NCBI GenBank assembly: GCA_016296675.1
Contig: JAEDIV010000001.1
Coordinates: 1 to 55,944, forward strand
DNA length: 55,944 nt
Origin: Clostridia bacterium
Lineage (GTDB): Bacteria; Bacillota; Clostridia; Christensenellales; Aristaeellaceae
Direction of reading: 5' to 3'
The translations under genes and the position numbers were made by a program. This document shows positions 25,036 to 35,686 of this stretch, one piece after another (within the stretch, counting starts at the first letter, position 1; each line of letters opens with the position of its first letter). The notes beneath the pieces are model-generated. The model was not told the origin of the DNA, ran no database searches, and worked only from the letters and a program-made list of their open reading frames with translations.

Positions 25036-26865
25036 TCAGCTCTTTTTGCGCGCTTCCAGTTTCTTGCGCGCTTCAGTTGCGAGGATCTTCTTTCTCATGC
25101 GAATGGACTTGGGCGTGATTTCAACCAGCTCGTCGTCATCGATGTAGTCAAGCGCCTCTTCGAGGGTAAGAATACGAATGCCCGTAACCTTGAGCGCTTC
25201 TTCGGCAGAGGCGCTGTTGCGGATCGAGGTCAGATGCTTTTTCTTGCACACGTTTACATCGATATCGCCGGGGCGGGAGTTGCGCCCGATGATCATGCCG
25301 GTATATACCTTCGTTCCAGGCTCGACGAATAGTTCGCCTCTGTCCTGAATGTAGAACATTGCATAGCTCGTGGTTTCACCGGTTTCCCATGCAACGAGAG
25401 ATCCGCTGGGACGGGTGGGGATATCGCCCTTCACCGGCTCATAGCCGTTGAATACCGCGCTCATTACGCCTTCGCCGCGCGTGTCGGTCAAAAATTCGCT
25501 TCTGTAGCCGAAAAGGCCGCGGGAAGGAACGTTGAACTCCAGACGAACGCGGTCGATGCCTTCCATGGAAAGCAGTACGCCGCGGCGGCGGCCGATTTTC
25601 TCGATAACCGCGCCGGAATATTCAGTGGGCACGTCGCAGACGAGCAATTCCATAGGCTCGCACTGAACGCCGTCGATCTCTTTATACAAAACAGTAGGCT
25701 TGGTAACCTGGAATTCATAGCCCTGACGGCGCATGTTTTCAATGAGGATCGAAAGATGGAGTTCGCCTCTTCCCGATACTCTGAATACGTCGGTGGTTTC
25801 CGTATCCTCTACGCGAAGGGATACGTCTGTTTGCGTTTCCTTGAAAAGGCGGGCGCGCAGATGGCGGGAGGTGACATAGGTGCCTTCCGTTCCTGCAAAG
25901 GGAGAATCGTTTACGCAAAATGCCATGGAAACGGTGGGATCGGAAATCTTCACAAAGGGCAGCGGCTCTGCAAGCGCTACATCGCAGATGGTGTCGCCGA
26001 TGGAAAGCTCGCCGAAACCGGAAATGGCTACGATGTCGCCTACCTGCACTTCTTCCGTGGGTACGCGCTTCAAGCCATCAAAGGAGAACAGGCCGCCAAG
26101 GCGCGAAGCGGGAGAAACGAAGCTCTGGCCGTACACGCAGCGAACCGCCATCTGACCGGCCTTGATCCTGCCGCGCTCAATTCGGCCAACGCCGATTCTG
26201 CCGACATAGTCGTTGTAGTCGATGGTGGAAATAAGCAGCTGCAAACTCTCGTCCGGGTCGCCCTCGGGCGCGGGAATATGCTTTAAGATCGTGTCGAACA
26301 GGGGGCGAAGGTCGGTCGCCGGGGTATCGAGATCGAGCGTGGCAATGCCGCTTCTTCCGGAGCAGAACACAACCGGAGAATCCAGCTGCTCGTCCGTCGC
26401 ATCCAGATCCAATAAAAGCTCCAGCGTCTCATCCACAACTTCCTTGCATCTCTGGTCGGGACGGTCCATCTTATTGATGACGATGATGACGGGAAGATCC
26501 AGCTCCAGCGCCTTTTTAAGAACAAAGCGGGTTTGCGGCATCGGACCTTCAAAAGAGTCGACCAGAAGAAGAACGCCGCCCACCATCTTCAGTACGCGCT
26601 CTACTTCGCCGCCGAAATCGGCGTGGCCGGGCGTGTCGACGATGTTGATTTTGATGCCATTATAGTGTACGGCGGTATTTTTGGAAAGAATCGTGATTCC
26701 GCGCTCGCGCTCCAGGGCATTGGAGTCCATGACACGGTCGCTTACCTGCTGGTTTTCGCGGAATACGCCGCCCTGCTTGAGCATTTCATCGACAAGCGTG
26801 GTCTTTCCGTGGTCAACGTGGGCGATAATGGCTACGTTTCTTAAATCATTACGCGTAATTTTCAA
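25036..26865 (-). CDS. typA: translational GTPase TypA/BipA
   Basis: RNVAIIAHVDHGKTTLVD, DTPGHADFGGEVER and NKMDR motifs; 609 aa. Confidence 0.95.
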   Translation of the reverse strand: MKITRNDLRNVAIIAHVDHGKTTLVDEMLKQGGVFRENQQVSDRVMDSNALERERGITILSKNTAVHYNGIKINIVDTPGHADFGGEVERVLKMVGGVLLLVDSFEGPMPQTRFVLKKALELDLPVIIVINKMDRPDQRCKEVVDETLELLLDLDATDEQLDSPVVFCSGRSGIATLDLDTPATDLRPLFDTILKHIPAPEGDPDESLQLLISTIDYNDYVGRIGVGRIERGRIKAGQMAVRCVYGQSFVSPASRLGGLFSFDGLKRVPTEEVQVGDIVAISGFGELSIGDTICDVALAEPLPFVKISDPTVSMAFCVNDSPFAGTEGTYVTSRHLRARLFKETQTDVSLRVEDTETTDVFRVSGRGELHLSILIENMRRQGYEFQVTKPTVLYKEIDGVQCEPMELLVCDVPTEYSGAVIEKIGRRRGVLLSMEGIDRVRLEFNVPSRGLFGYRSEFLTDTRGEGVMSAVFNGYEPVKGDIPTRPSGSLVAWETGETTSYAMFYIQDRGELFVEPGTKVYTGMIIGRNSRPGDIDVNVCKKKHLTSIRNSASAEEALKVTGIRILTLEEALDYIDDDELVEITPKSIRMRKKILATEARKKLEARKKS

Positions 26866-26894
26866 TGAAGAGGACCTCTTTTTTATTTATATTT

Positions 26895-28514
26895 TTACTG
26901 TTCGATGGCATCGGCGGCAGCGCGGTCAGCGGTTTCGTTGAGCACAAGACCTTCATTATTTTCCAGCGCCAGGCGAATGGACCATTCGTTTTCGAAAAGC
27001 AGCACATCGCGTCCCGCGCGGTCGACGGCGGGAACGGTAGTGGACGTCAGGCGCAGCCGGTCAATGGGCTTGGGCGTCTCGGCGATCCATCTTACATAGC
27101 GGTAAGGCAGCGTTTCACGCACAATATCCACGCCGTATTCGGTCTTCAAGCGGTATTCCAGAACGTCCATCTGCAGAATGCCGACGACGCCGGCAATCAT
27201 TTCTTCTCTGCCGATGTTCGGGCGCTTGAAGGTCTGAATCGCGCCTTCCTGAGAAAGCTGGGTAACGCCCTTTAAGAACTGCTTGCGCTTCATGGAATCA
27301 AGCGGGCTCACTCTCGAGAAAAATTCCGGCGCGAACAAGGGGATGCCGGAATACCTTACAGGCGCGCCCGTGCACAGCGTGTCGCCCAGGCGGAAAATGC
27401 CGGGATCGAACAGGCCGATGATATCGCCGGGATAGGCGGTTTCAACGCTTTCATGCTCCTGCGCCATGAACTGCTGGGGCTGGGCAAGCTTGATTTTTTC
27501 ACCGCTGGAAGAATGCCAGACGGTCATGCCCTTTTCGAAAACGCCGGAGCACACGCGCATGAACGCAAGGCGGTCGCGGTGGGCAGGATTCATATTGGCC
27601 TGAATCTTGAAGATGAAGCCGGTGAATTTGTCGCTGTCCGGCGCGATTTCGCCCTGGTCGGACACACGCGCAGTGGGGAATTTCGTATAGCTCAAAAAAC
27701 GCTTTAAGAACGGTTCGACGCCGAAGTTGTTGGAAGCAGAGCCGAAGAACATGGGCGTAAGCTTGCCGTTTAAGATCATTTCAAGATCGAAAGGATCGCC
27801 GGCAACATCCAACAGCTCAATGTCTTCCATCAGCTTATCATAATAGCTCTGGCCGAGAACCGAGGGAAGCTCGGGATCGTCGATCGAAATCGTCCGAACC
27901 TCAACCTGCGTCTGACCATGGTTTCCGCCGGTGTACATTTCGACCACGCGCGTATCTCTGTGGTATACGCCCTTGAAGTCGCCTCCGTGCTGACCGATCG
28001 GCCAGTTGACGGGGCAGGAACGGATGCCTAAAACCTGCTCAAGCTCTTCCATCAGTTCAAACGGATCTTTACCGGCACGGTCGAGCTTGTTTACAAAGGT
28101 GAAAATCGGAATTGAGCGCATGCGGCAGACCTTGAAAAGCTTAATCGTCTGCTCCTCAACACCCTTTGCGCAGTCGATCAGCATGACCGCACTGTCCGCG
28201 GCAACCAGGGTTCTGTAGGTGTCTTCCGAGAAGTCCTGATGGCCCGGAGTGTCGAGGATATTGATGCGGTAGCCGTCAAAGTCAAACTGCATGGCGGAAG
28301 AGGTAACGGAAATACCTCTCTGCTTTTCAATCTCCATCCAGTCGCTGGTTGCATGACGCGCTGCTTTTCTGGCCTTTACGCTTCCGGCCTGACGGATGGC
28401 TCCGCCGTAGAGAAGCAGTTTTTCGGTCAGAGTTGTTTTACCGGCGTCGGGGTGGGAAATAATGGCAAACGTGCGTCTGCGCACGGTTTCATTGTGCAAT
28501 TCGGGATGCTGCAT
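26895..28514 (-). CDS. prfC: peptide chain release factor 3
   Basis: RRRTFAIISHPDAGKTTLTEKLLL, DTPGHQDFSEDTYR and NKLDR motifs; 539 aa. Confidence 0.95.
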   Translation of the reverse strand: MQHPELHNETVRRRTFAIISHPDAGKTTLTEKLLLYGGAIRQAGSVKARKAARHATSDWMEIEKQRGISVTSSAMQFDFDGYRINILDTPGHQDFSEDTYRTLVAADSAVMLIDCAKGVEEQTIKLFKVCRMRSIPIFTFVNKLDRAGKDPFELMEELEQVLGIRSCPVNWPIGQHGGDFKGVYHRDTRVVEMYTGGNHGQTQVEVRTISIDDPELPSVLGQSYYDKLMEDIELLDVAGDPFDLEMILNGKLTPMFFGSASNNFGVEPFLKRFLSYTKFPTARVSDQGEIAPDSDKFTGFIFKIQANMNPAHRDRLAFMRVCSGVFEKGMTVWHSSSGEKIKLAQPQQFMAQEHESVETAYPGDIIGLFDPGIFRLGDTLCTGAPVRYSGIPLFAPEFFSRVSPLDSMKRKQFLKGVTQLSQEGAIQTFKRPNIGREEMIAGVVGILQMDVLEYRLKTEYGVDIVRETLPYRYVRWIAETPKPIDRLRLTSTTVPAVDRAGRDVLLFENEWSIRLALENNEGLVLNETADRAAADAIEQ

Positions 28515-28652
28515 ATGCGTGGCCTCCTAACTTAATCAAAAAATCAGAGCTTATAAAAAGGCAGGCCCCGGTATCAAATCAGATACATTTCGTTATCCTC
28601 CGCGGCATGAAAAATCGCCCTTCAAATCAGTGGGCAGAATCGCGCATCTTCT

Positions 28653-28681
28653 ATTGTAAACTTATAAAAAAACCGTGTCAA
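28653..28681 (-). promoter_or_regulatory. sigma-A promoter for the prfC-typA-recF operon
   Basis: Minus strand: TTGACA (28681-28676), 17-nt spacer, TACAAT (28658-28653). Leaves a leader of roughly 135 nt. Confidence 0.55.
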
Positions 28682-28704
28682 CGTCCCAAGATGCAGTTTG
28701 CGTT

Positions 28705-28750
28705 AAAAATAAAAACCTTCGCCGAAAACGCTGTTTCAGGCGAAGGTTTT
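28705..28750 (-). terminator. intrinsic terminator of the Mrp-like operon
   Basis: AACCTTCGCC (28714-28723) pairs with GGCGAAGGTT (28739-28748). On the minus strand the stem is followed by UUUUUAUUUUU. Confidence 0.75.
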
Positions 28751-28763
28751 CCATGATATTTTC

Positions 28764-30845
28764 TTATTTTGCGATCATCGGAACAAGCACATAGATAAAC
28801 GCAAACACGATTCCGATGGCGGCCAGAATGAGGCCGAAGGAAACGGCGTTGGTAACGGAAGAACCGTATTCGAGATTGGTGACCTCTCTCGGATCGGGTC
28901 TGACGTGCGGCGTCAGGCGCTTCCTCCATTTGTGCGCGCCGTCAAAGAACGAACGCACATGCTTCAGGTATCCGCTGTGCGGGTTTTCCTGCGCGTCGTG
29001 ATCGCGGTCAACAAGAGCGCATTCCTTGAAAATGACGACAATGTGATCGGTAAACTCGTCCATCACGCGGGAGATAAATGTGATCACATTCATAAACGCC
29101 TTCGCCGCCCATTCGCCAAGACCGTTCATCACGCCGCAAACGGAAGAGAGCACAAACGGAACAAATTTCACAAGCACCGGGCGATAGATTCCGTCTTCAA
29201 GATCGAGCCAGGAAGGCCAGCGGTTCAGGTATCCCTCTTCCTTTTTGTACATCCACGTTCTGACAACAAAAAGGTACACAAGCGTTCCGATCACAAGGGT
29301 GATCAGTCCGCCCTTCAGATTGACCCATGAGAAGAAATGGATTTCGTGAAGCGCGTGCTGATTAAGGAAATGTTCACTCAGCGTATACGCTTTCATGAAA
29401 ACTCCGTTGGGCAAAACGCCAAGTACAACGATCCAGACAGCGGACAGTGTGAGCGCGATGCGACCTCTTGCGTCCAGATATTTTCCGCCCATGTTGTCAA
29501 AATCAGCCTGCCGCTTTTCATCCGGATTCTTCTGAATAAAAATCGCAACGTAGAGTTTCAGCATATAGGCCGTTGTAAGGCCGGCCGCAAACAGGAATAC
29601 CCACTCGGAAAAGCGGAAAACGAACATATTGCCCGTATGCACAACCCATTCAACAAGGCCTTCGTGAATGAGCGTCTTGGAGGCATAGCCGCTGGTTCCG
29701 GGAATGCCCATAAGGCCCAGCGCGCCCAAAAGGAACACGACATTCAAAAACGGCTTTTTGCGTCCAAAGCCGCGGATGTCGTTCAGCTCAAGTTTGTGAA
29801 GGTTCATGTACACAACGCCTGCGGACATGAAAAGAACGAGCTTCAGTACGGAGTGATTCACCATATGCATGACCGCGCCCGCTGCGGGGAGCGATCCGTG
29901 CTCGCCCAGAAGCACGCTTGCGCCCACGCCCGTTAAAATGTAGCCGATCTGAGACATGGAAGAACAGGCAAGGGTACGCTTGAGGTTGGTCGAAAACACA
30001 CCCAATACCGCGCCTAAGAGCATGGTAACAAGCGCAAGTGCAAGGGTAATGCAGCCGAATACATAAGATCCTGAGTACAGGTTCATGGCGATGACCAGAA
30101 CGCCGAACAAGCCGGTTTTGGTCAGCATGCCGCTTAGCAGCGCGCTGGCAGGCGCCGGTGCAACCGGGTGCGCCTTGGGAAGCCAGATCTGAACGGGCAC
30201 AGCGCCGGCTTTTGCAATAAAGCCGAAAAGAATCAGGGCGCTTGCCAGATGCAGGTTCATGCCCTTCGCTTCGTGAATCGCTTCAAATGAAACAGACCCG
30301 ATCTTGTCATACATCATGAACATGCCCATGAGCGTCACCATGCCGCCCAGAACCGCAACGCCAAGATACGTCGCTGCGGCGCGCATCGCGCCCTCAGTCT
30401 CATCGTGCGCAACCCATGCGTAGGAACAGATGGACATGATTTCAAAAAACACAAACGTGGTATAAAGATCGTCCGACATGAAAACGCCGAGCGTTCCTGA
30501 AAGCGTCATGAGGTTGAAGAAATAATAGCGCGTGCGGTTGTGGTAATTTCTAAAATACCTTTCGCTCATGAGCGCCGTCATCGCCCACATGAAGGAGGCC
30601 AAAAACGCATACATCGAGCGGAAGCCGTCGGCCCTGAAATGAAGTCCCAGCCCGACCGCGCCCTCAAAATCAGCGGTAAAATCCGTGCCGTTATAGGCAT
30701 TTACAAGGAAAAACGCGCTGAAAGCGAGCGAAACAAACGTCATCACGCGGAAGAATTCGTTTCTGATCTTCCAGTGATTTTTGCCAAGCGCGATTACGCC
30801 GGCCGCACCGAATACGGGCAGGAGAACAAACGACAATATCAGCAT
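28764..30845 (-). CDS. NuoL/MrpA-like proton-conducting antiporter subunit with a long C-terminal extension
   Basis: 693 aa. Antiporter core motif WLPKAHPVAPAPASALLSGMLTKTG. About 200 extra C-terminal residues ending in a single TM (FGLILAAIGIVFAFIYVLV). Confidence 0.8.
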   Translation of the reverse strand: MLILSFVLLPVFGAAGVIALGKNHWKIRNEFFRVMTFVSLAFSAFFLVNAYNGTDFTADFEGAVGLGLHFRADGFRSMYAFLASFMWAMTALMSERYFRNYHNRTRYYFFNLMTLSGTLGVFMSDDLYTTFVFFEIMSICSYAWVAHDETEGAMRAAATYLGVAVLGGMVTLMGMFMMYDKIGSVSFEAIHEAKGMNLHLASALILFGFIAKAGAVPVQIWLPKAHPVAPAPASALLSGMLTKTGLFGVLVIAMNLYSGSYVFGCITLALALVTMLLGAVLGVFSTNLKRTLACSSMSQIGYILTGVGASVLLGEHGSLPAAGAVMHMVNHSVLKLVLFMSAGVVYMNLHKLELNDIRGFGRKKPFLNVVFLLGALGLMGIPGTSGYASKTLIHEGLVEWVVHTGNMFVFRFSEWVFLFAAGLTTAYMLKLYVAIFIQKNPDEKRQADFDNMGGKYLDARGRIALTLSAVWIVVLGVLPNGVFMKAYTLSEHFLNQHALHEIHFFSWVNLKGGLITLVIGTLVYLFVVRTWMYKKEEGYLNRWPSWLDLEDGIYRPVLVKFVPFVLSSVCGVMNGLGEWAAKAFMNVITFISRVMDEFTDHIVVIFKECALVDRDHDAQENPHSGYLKHVRSFFDGAHKWRKRLTPHVRPDPREVTNLEYGSSVTNAVSFGLILAAIGIVFAFIYVLVPMIAK

Positions 30846-30862
30846 AAACTCTCCCCCTCCCC

Positions 30863-32305
30863 TTATACGCCCGCGACCGCGCGCATGGCGTCCATAACGC
30901 GTCCGCTGTTTAAAGATACAATGACGATCAGAACAGACAGCGCAATTAAAACAAATCTCATCGGCAAATGCGGATCATGATTTCCCTCAAGTTCATGGAC
31001 GGGATGCGAGAAATACGCAGGAATCGCCACGGAGAAAATGTACACCGCCGTGCAGACGGCCGACACGATCAGCGCAGATGCGCACACAATGCCCTGCCAC
31101 GAGCCGAAGGCGAGCATTTCATCAATCAGCATGAATTTCGAAAAGAATCCGCAAAGCGGCGGAAGACCGGTCAGTGCAAGACCTGCAATCAGGAATGCCG
31201 CAAACGTCACCGGCATGTGCTTTGCAAGACCATGCAGCTCGCGAACGCGCGTTTTGCCGGTGCATACAAGCACCGCGCCGGCCGTAAAGAAAAGGACGAT
31301 CTTCACAAGGCCATGGAACACCATGTGCGTAAGCGCCGCAGCCATGCCGCCGGATGTCATCAGCATGAGAGAGGACAGCATGTAGCTTAAATTGCTGACC
31401 GTGGACCAGGCGAGTCTGCGCTTAAAGTGGCTTTCGCGAACCGCGCGGATGGCGCCGTAGGCAACGGTAAAAGCCGTCAGCACAAGAAGGATCGACTGGA
31501 TATACGTTCCGTACATGAAATCAGGGCCATACACGTAATACGTGATGCGCATGACCGCATATACGCCCGCATTGACAACCGCCACTGCGTGAAGAAGCGC
31601 GGTAACCGGCGTCGGCGCAACGGATGCCTTGGGAAGCCAGCGGCAAAGCGGGAACACCGCCGCTTTTGCGGCAAAGCCCAGGAAAGCAAACGCGTAGGAC
31701 AGGCGCAGCGTCAGAATATCGCGCGCGCCTTCATCCATAATCCCGCCAAGCAGGAAGGGGTCGGCATGATGCGCATTGACCATGACCATCGCCGCAAAGC
31801 CAAGGGAGGCGCCGCCGATCAGATAGATCATATACGTTCTGGCCGCGCGGAAAGATTCCTTGTCCTGTCCGTGCTCCACCAGCGGAATTGTGACGAGCGA
31901 CAGGCACTCATAAAACACATACATCGTAAACAGGTTGTTCGCCGCGGCAAGCAGGATCGTCACGCCGTAGGCCAGCGTGTAGAACACGAAAAACTTGCCT
32001 TCGCGCTTTTCGTGATGCATGTATTCAAACGCATACAAAGACGCAAACGGCCATAAAAGCGCAGCCAAGCCGATAAACACGCTGCTCGCGCCATCCATAG
32101 AGAACGACAGAACAAACGAATCGGAAATCCGGAAAATCTCAATCACCGACTGATCTTTGGTGAAAAGCGCGACAAATACGCCAACAGACGTGAGAAGCGT
32201 GACTGTTTCCACATAAATCAGCTTATAAAGCCTTTTGGGGAAACGTATAAACCACAAAAGCGCGCTCGCCGCAATCGGCAAAAGGGAACAAAGCGCCAAA
32301 TACAT
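30863..32305 (-). CDS. mrpD: MrpD/NuoM/N-like antiporter subunit (paralog 3)
   Basis: 480-aa polytopic ORF with motif RWLPKASVAPTPVTALLHAV. Confidence 0.8.
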   Translation of the reverse strand: MYLALCSLLPIAASALLWFIRFPKRLYKLIYVETVTLLTSVGVFVALFTKDQSVIEIFRISDSFVLSFSMDGASSVFIGLAALLWPFASLYAFEYMHHEKREGKFFVFYTLAYGVTILLAAANNLFTMYVFYECLSLVTIPLVEHGQDKESFRAARTYMIYLIGGASLGFAAMVMVNAHHADPFLLGGIMDEGARDILTLRLSYAFAFLGFAAKAAVFPLCRWLPKASVAPTPVTALLHAVAVVNAGVYAVMRITYYVYGPDFMYGTYIQSILLVLTAFTVAYGAIRAVRESHFKRRLAWSTVSNLSYMLSSLMLMTSGGMAAALTHMVFHGLVKIVLFFTAGAVLVCTGKTRVRELHGLAKHMPVTFAAFLIAGLALTGLPPLCGFFSKFMLIDEMLAFGSWQGIVCASALIVSAVCTAVYIFSVAIPAYFSHPVHELEGNHDPHLPMRFVLIALSVLIVIVSLNSGRVMDAMRAVAGV

Positions 32306-32320
32306 AATCGTTTCTCCCCT

Positions 32321-33787
32321 TTAGAAAATAAGCTCTGCGATTTTGCCTGCATAATCCGCGATGAAGCCGGGGCAAATACCCAAAACCACCGTAAGGAGCG
32401 CAAACAGTCCCATCGGAAGGAGCATGCGCCAGGTGGGCTCACAGGGCGTAAGCGCTTCATCCGCATATCCCGCAAAGAACGAACGGATGGACACGGAAAG
32501 AAGATAGGCAGCCGTCAGAATCGCGCTTAAAAGCAGCGCAACCGGACCGATCCAGCTGAAGGACTCCGCCATGGAAAACGCGCCCATGGCAAGGTTCCAC
32601 TTGCTGACAAAGCCGCCCGTCGGAGGAATGCCGATGAGGCCTAAAGATACGACGGTGAAAAGCGCCATGACGATGGGCATGCGTCTTCCCATGCCGCGAA
32701 GGTCGTCCACCTCGGTAACGCCGGTTTTATGAATGACAGCGCCTGCAGACATGAAGAGGGTGTTTTTGATCAGCGAATGGAAAATGATGTGCATAAACGC
32801 GCCCACAAAGCCGAGGGTGGTCATCGTGGATAAGCCGAACAGCACATAGGAAACCTGGCTGACGGTCGAATAGGCAAGGCGCTTTTTGAACACCTTTTCC
32901 TTAAGCGCAAGGGTCGAACCCATGACAACAGTCAGAAGCGCAAGCGTCATAAACGTATACTGAACCCAGGTTCCCTTTAAGAAATCCACGCCCGCAATAT
33001 AGAAAACGCTGCGGATGATGCCAAGAACGCCCATCTTGGTGATTACGCCGGAAAGGACGGCGCTGGCAGGGGCGGGCGCAACCGGGTGCGCGGTGGGCAG
33101 CCAGCTGTGCATGGGAAACATGCCGGCCTTGACGCCAAAGCCCGCGATCATCATAAAGAAGATGACGCGCATGAGGTTTTCTTTGCCGGAAAGCATTTCG
33201 GAAGTGAATACGCCGCCCAAGGTAAAATTGAACGTATCGGCGTACGCGCCCACAAAGAAAATGCCAAGAAGCGCAAGGGATGCGCCGAATACGGAGTAGA
33301 TGAGATATTTGATCGCCGCGGCAACGGACTGCTTGTCCATGTTGTGCGCAACCAGAGGAACGGTGACCAGCGTCATCATCTCATAGAACATGTAAAGGGT
33401 GATCAGGTTGTCCGCCATGGAAAGGCCCATGAGCGCGCCGTAGGAGATCAGGTAGTAGCGCCAGAAACGCGCGTCGTTTTCGTCATGCTCCATGTACTCG
33501 GTGGCATACAAGCCCACAAACGCCCATACGACGGACACAAACAGCACGTAGAAACGGGAAACGGCGTCCAGAGAGAAGGCAAAGACCACTTTCTCCGTAA
33601 CCTTCCAGAGGGTAAAATCCGCCTCGCCCTTGAAAAGAAGGCCGCAAACGGAAATCAGCGACAGAAGGAACAGCCCGCCCACGCTGAAAATCGCGCGCAT
33701 TTTTCTTTCCAAGGGCAGCTTTTTGATGATAATGCCGAAAAGAATCGGTAAAAGCACCGGGAAAATCAGATAAAAGCATCCGTTCAT
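32321..33787 (-). CDS. mrpD: MrpD/NuoM/N-like antiporter subunit (paralog 2)
   Basis: Start ATG 33787 after SD GGGAGGA. Motif HSWLPTAHPVAPAPASAVLSGVITKMG. Confidence 0.8.
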   Translation of the reverse strand: MNGCFYLIFPVLLPILFGIIIKKLPLERKMRAIFSVGGLFLLSLISVCGLLFKGEADFTLWKVTEKVVFAFSLDAVSRFYVLFVSVVWAFVGLYATEYMEHDENDARFWRYYLISYGALMGLSMADNLITLYMFYEMMTLVTVPLVAHNMDKQSVAAAIKYLIYSVFGASLALLGIFFVGAYADTFNFTLGGVFTSEMLSGKENLMRVIFFMMIAGFGVKAGMFPMHSWLPTAHPVAPAPASAVLSGVITKMGVLGIIRSVFYIAGVDFLKGTWVQYTFMTLALLTVVMGSTLALKEKVFKKRLAYSTVSQVSYVLFGLSTMTTLGFVGAFMHIIFHSLIKNTLFMSAGAVIHKTGVTEVDDLRGMGRRMPIVMALFTVVSLGLIGIPPTGGFVSKWNLAMGAFSMAESFSWIGPVALLLSAILTAAYLLSVSIRSFFAGYADEALTPCEPTWRMLLPMGLFALLTVVLGICPGFIADYAGKIAELIF

Positions 33788-33812
33788 ATAGATGTATCCT
33801 CCCAAACTAAAA

Positions 33813-35303
33813 CTACCATGCCGCGATGCTTGATTCAATCAAGCGCATAATGGGCATGCCCCAGATGCCGAGCGCAATGTTCAAAAGCATAAAAAGCATC
33901 AGCGCGCCCGTCAGAACGGGACGTGTGGACTGATCCTTCGTAAGCTGATAGCGTTCGCCGGGTCTGTATATGGTCAAAACCGTTCGAAGGAAATAAAGAA
34001 CATTCAAAACCGTGGAAACCGCAAGCGCTCCCAGCGAAATCAGCATGACCCATCCGCCGTAATCGTGCGCAGAAGTGGCAACGTAGATTTTGCTGACAAA
34101 TCCGCCCATAAAGGGAATGCCGGTAATCGAGAATGCGCCGATGACAAACGCAAGACCCGCCATCGGAGCGCGGAAGCCGCTTCCTCGAATATCTCGGAAG
34201 TTTTCATTTCCGCCGGAAACCTCCGTAAGCCTGTCCACCGCCGGAAACAGCATGGACTTGGCAAGCGAATGGGCAATAATGTGGAACGTTGCGGCCGCCA
34301 TACCGGAAACAGAACCGTAGGATACCGCCATAAAGATGTATCCGATCTGCGCTACGGACGAATAGCTGACCATGCGGCGCACATTGTGCTCTCTGACCGC
34401 GTCAACGGAACCCAGCACAATGGCGATGACCGCATAGATAAAGATGACGTCGTTGACGCCCGTCATCGTGAATACATCAAGGCCTACCGCACGAACCAGG
34501 ATCTTGATCAGAAGGAAGATATATGCCTTCGACACAAGGCTTGAAAGCATGCTGCTGGCAGCAGGCGTCGCGCCAGAATAGGCGTTGGGCAGCCAGGTGT
34601 GGAAAGGATACAGGGCGCTTTTGATCGCAAGACCCACAGTGATCAGAAGAAGCGAAACGGAAAGAGGACGGATATATCGTCCGCCTTCCACGAGCAGCTG
34701 TACGCTTTCCTTCATCTGCGGGAAAAGCAAATGTCCGGTAAGCGTATAAAACACGCAGATACCCAGAAGGAAAAGACCGCTTCCCAGAAGGTTCATGATC
34801 ATATAGCGCATGGCCGCGAAGAGCGAACCTTCCTTGTTTCTGACAAAGATGAGCGCGCCGGCGGCAATGGTCGTGATCTCAAGGAAAACAAACCCGGTAA
34901 AAATGTCGTTGGTAAACGCCAGCGCCTGAATGGCCGTCAAAAGAAGAACGCATACGGTGTAAAACAGGCTTTTTCTTGAATCGTCAATCTCCTGGCCGAT
35001 TCTTCGAAGGCCCGCAAACAGCGAAAGCGCCATGACGATGGAGAACATGAGGCTGACAGCCGCCTCCGCGCCGGAGATAAACAATTCGTTTCCAAAGGGC
35101 GCGCCGTATTCACCCATTTTGTAGACATAGCTTGTGCCGGTTGCCGATACGCGGATGATCAGCATAACGGACAAAAGCGATGCCATGACCGACGCAAACA
35201 GCGCGAGGAATCTTGAAAAGCGCGGCTTGGAAACCGAACAGATCGGAGCGCATACGAGCGGAAGAATGATAAGGGCAACCGGTAAGTTCTGCCAAAGTTC
35301 CAT
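33813..35303 (-). CDS. mrpD: MrpD/NuoM/N-like antiporter subunit (paralog 1)
   Basis: 496 aa with motif HTWLPNAYSGATPAASSMLSSLVSK. Confidence 0.8.
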   Translation of the reverse strand: MELWQNLPVALIILPLVCAPICSVSKPRFSRFLALFASVMASLLSVMLIIRVSATGTSYVYKMGEYGAPFGNELFISGAEAAVSLMFSIVMALSLFAGLRRIGQEIDDSRKSLFYTVCVLLLTAIQALAFTNDIFTGFVFLEITTIAAGALIFVRNKEGSLFAAMRYMIMNLLGSGLFLLGICVFYTLTGHLLFPQMKESVQLLVEGGRYIRPLSVSLLLITVGLAIKSALYPFHTWLPNAYSGATPAASSMLSSLVSKAYIFLLIKILVRAVGLDVFTMTGVNDVIFIYAVIAIVLGSVDAVREHNVRRMVSYSSVAQIGYIFMAVSYGSVSGMAAATFHIIAHSLAKSMLFPAVDRLTEVSGGNENFRDIRGSGFRAPMAGLAFVIGAFSITGIPFMGGFVSKIYVATSAHDYGGWVMLISLGALAVSTVLNVLYFLRTVLTIYRPGERYQLTKDQSTRPVLTGALMLFMLLNIALGIWGMPIMRLIESSIAAW

Positions 35304-35308
35304 ATCCC

Positions 35309-35683
35309 TTATGCTCCCTCCTTGCGCACGATTTCCGCAATCTCATCAATGTCAAGCGTTCTGTATCTTTTGTAAAGGCGCACAGTCAGCGCCAGCATAA
35401 TCGCAGTAACGCTGACGGAAACGACGATTCCGGTCAAAACCAGACCCGCCGGCAGGGGATTGACATACAGATTGGGATCGGTGCTTGCATCAATATAGAT
35501 GGGCGCGGTGCGGCCTGCGATATAACCGTAGGAGGCTAAAAACAGATAGATCGCGTTGTCCATCATGGAAAATCCGATAATTTTCTTGATCAGATTCTTG
35601 TTTAAAAGAAGGGTTGTAAAGCCGATCGCGAACAGGACAATGGCCGCCGCTTCCTCAATGTGGGTATAAATCACATTCAGCAT
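35309..35683 (-). CDS. mrpC: MrpC/NuoK-like subunit
   Basis: 124 aa, three TMs. AIVLFAIGFTTLLLNKNLIKKIIGFSMMDNAIYLF resembles MnhC/NuoK. Confidence 0.8.
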   Translation of the reverse strand: MLNVIYTHIEEAAAIVLFAIGFTTLLLNKNLIKKIIGFSMMDNAIYLFLASYGYIAGRTAPIYIDASTDPNLYVNPLPAGLVLTGIVVSVSVTAIMLALTVRLYKRYRTLDIDEIAEIVRKEGA

Positions 35684-35686
35684 GCT

